Of a stretch of DNA of 32,000 nucleotides, positions 31,555 to 32,000 are shown one piece after another (position 1 is the stretch's first letter; each line of letters opens with the position of its first letter). The notes under the pieces are model-generated. The model saw only the letters and a list, made by a program, of their open reading frames with translations. It was not told where the DNA came from and did not search any database. This stretch comes from Kineococcus radiotolerans SRS30216 = ATCC BAA-149 (lineage in GTDB: Bacteria; Actinomycetota; Actinomycetes; Actinomycetales; Kineococcaceae), in the NCBI RefSeq assembly GCF_000017305.1, contig NC_009806.1, positions 150,001 through 182,000 on the forward strand, given 5' to 3'. A program made the position numbers and the translations under genes.

Positions 31555-32000
31555 ATGAGCTGGGCTGACATCGACTGGGGCAACGCTCCAAGCTGGGCTG
31601 CCTTCGCGGCAGCCAGCATCGCGGCAACCTTCGCAGCACGAGCCTACCGGCGCGAGGAGCGACGAGACCGGCTCAAGACGACGCTTGAGATCAGGGAACA
31701 AGCGTCGAAGGTGGGAGCCTGGGTGGAGAAGAACCAGGGGTCCGACCTGGTTGTGCGCATCATGAACACGAGCGATCTGCCCGTGACGCAGGCGCGCCTT
31801 CGGGTGCATGTGACGTGGGAGCCATGTTCTGCGTACCGCTTCCACACCGTGCGTCACGATGGCGTCCGAGTGGGCAGCGGCTATGAAGACTTCGAGCTCG
31901 GGACGCTTTCGCCTAAGCATGATCAGATGTTCCCAGTCTCGCTCGAAGCTGAGCTCGCACTCGCTACGGCTCGATCTGCAACGTTGGAGCTGCAATTCGA
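31555..32000 (+). CDS. Hypothetical membrane-anchored protein, 3' partial (runs off the window)
   Basis: ATG at 31555, no stop up to nt 32000, decent codon bias, and an N-terminal TM segment WAAFAAASIAATFAA. Absent from the ORF track, presumably because no stop lies in the window. Confidence 0.5.
   Translation, partial: MSWADIDWGNAPSWAAFAAASIAATFAARAYRREERRDRLKTTLEIREQASKVGAWVEKNQGSDLVVRIMNTSDLPVTQARLRVHVTWEPCSAYRFHTVRHDGVRVGSGYEDFELGTLSPKHDQMFPVSLEAELALATARSATLELQF

Noticed and set aside
30811-31995. 394-aa minus-strand ORF
   Set aside because: It is antisense to two plus-strand genes (30794-31321 and 31555 onward) that have much better third-position G/C bias and protein-like sequence.
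1-32000. tRNA, rRNA, integrase, relaxase, T4SS, capsid/terminase or known defence-system genes
   Set aside because: I found no sequence with cloverleaf potential or rRNA-like conservation by eye. None of the translated ORFs carries the hallmark motifs of those families. Absence is based on manual inspection only.

Overview
High-GC, Actinomycetota-like DNA (WhiB regulator, GTG starts, strong G/C bias at third codon positions). All calls come from reading the sequence and ORF track by eye; no searches were run. Nt 1-7100 look mostly chromosomal: prepilin peptidase, dxr, a secreted CAP-domain protein, a nuclease-like protein and an ABC ATPase. This stretch also holds a 12-bp tandem repeat and a mobile-element-type RHH plus HTH (Rep-like) gene pair carrying palindromic iterons, abutting dxr. 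From about nt 7200 to at least 30760 lies an accessory island of roughly 40 mostly small genes of unknown function, nearly all on the minus strand. The main signal is one promoter/leader cassette present 11 times in the same orientation. Its core is CTAGTGTGCTATGGTTT, read as an extended -10. In 8 copies it is followed by a 5' stem-loop with an invariant loop (A)CAGCGAC and stems that differ but still pair. Several operons also have a long GC-rich hairpin after the first gene. I read this as an undescribed co-regulated early or leading-region regulon, possibly nut-like antitermination or RNA-protein control. No integrase, relaxase, T4SS or virion genes are in the window, so the element type is unresolved. 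Other observations: two apparent -1 frame breaks (one at a correctly phased GGGAAAC heptamer), a very acidic candidate DNA-mimic protein, a low-GC gene, and a kinase-HAD module flanked by short repeats.
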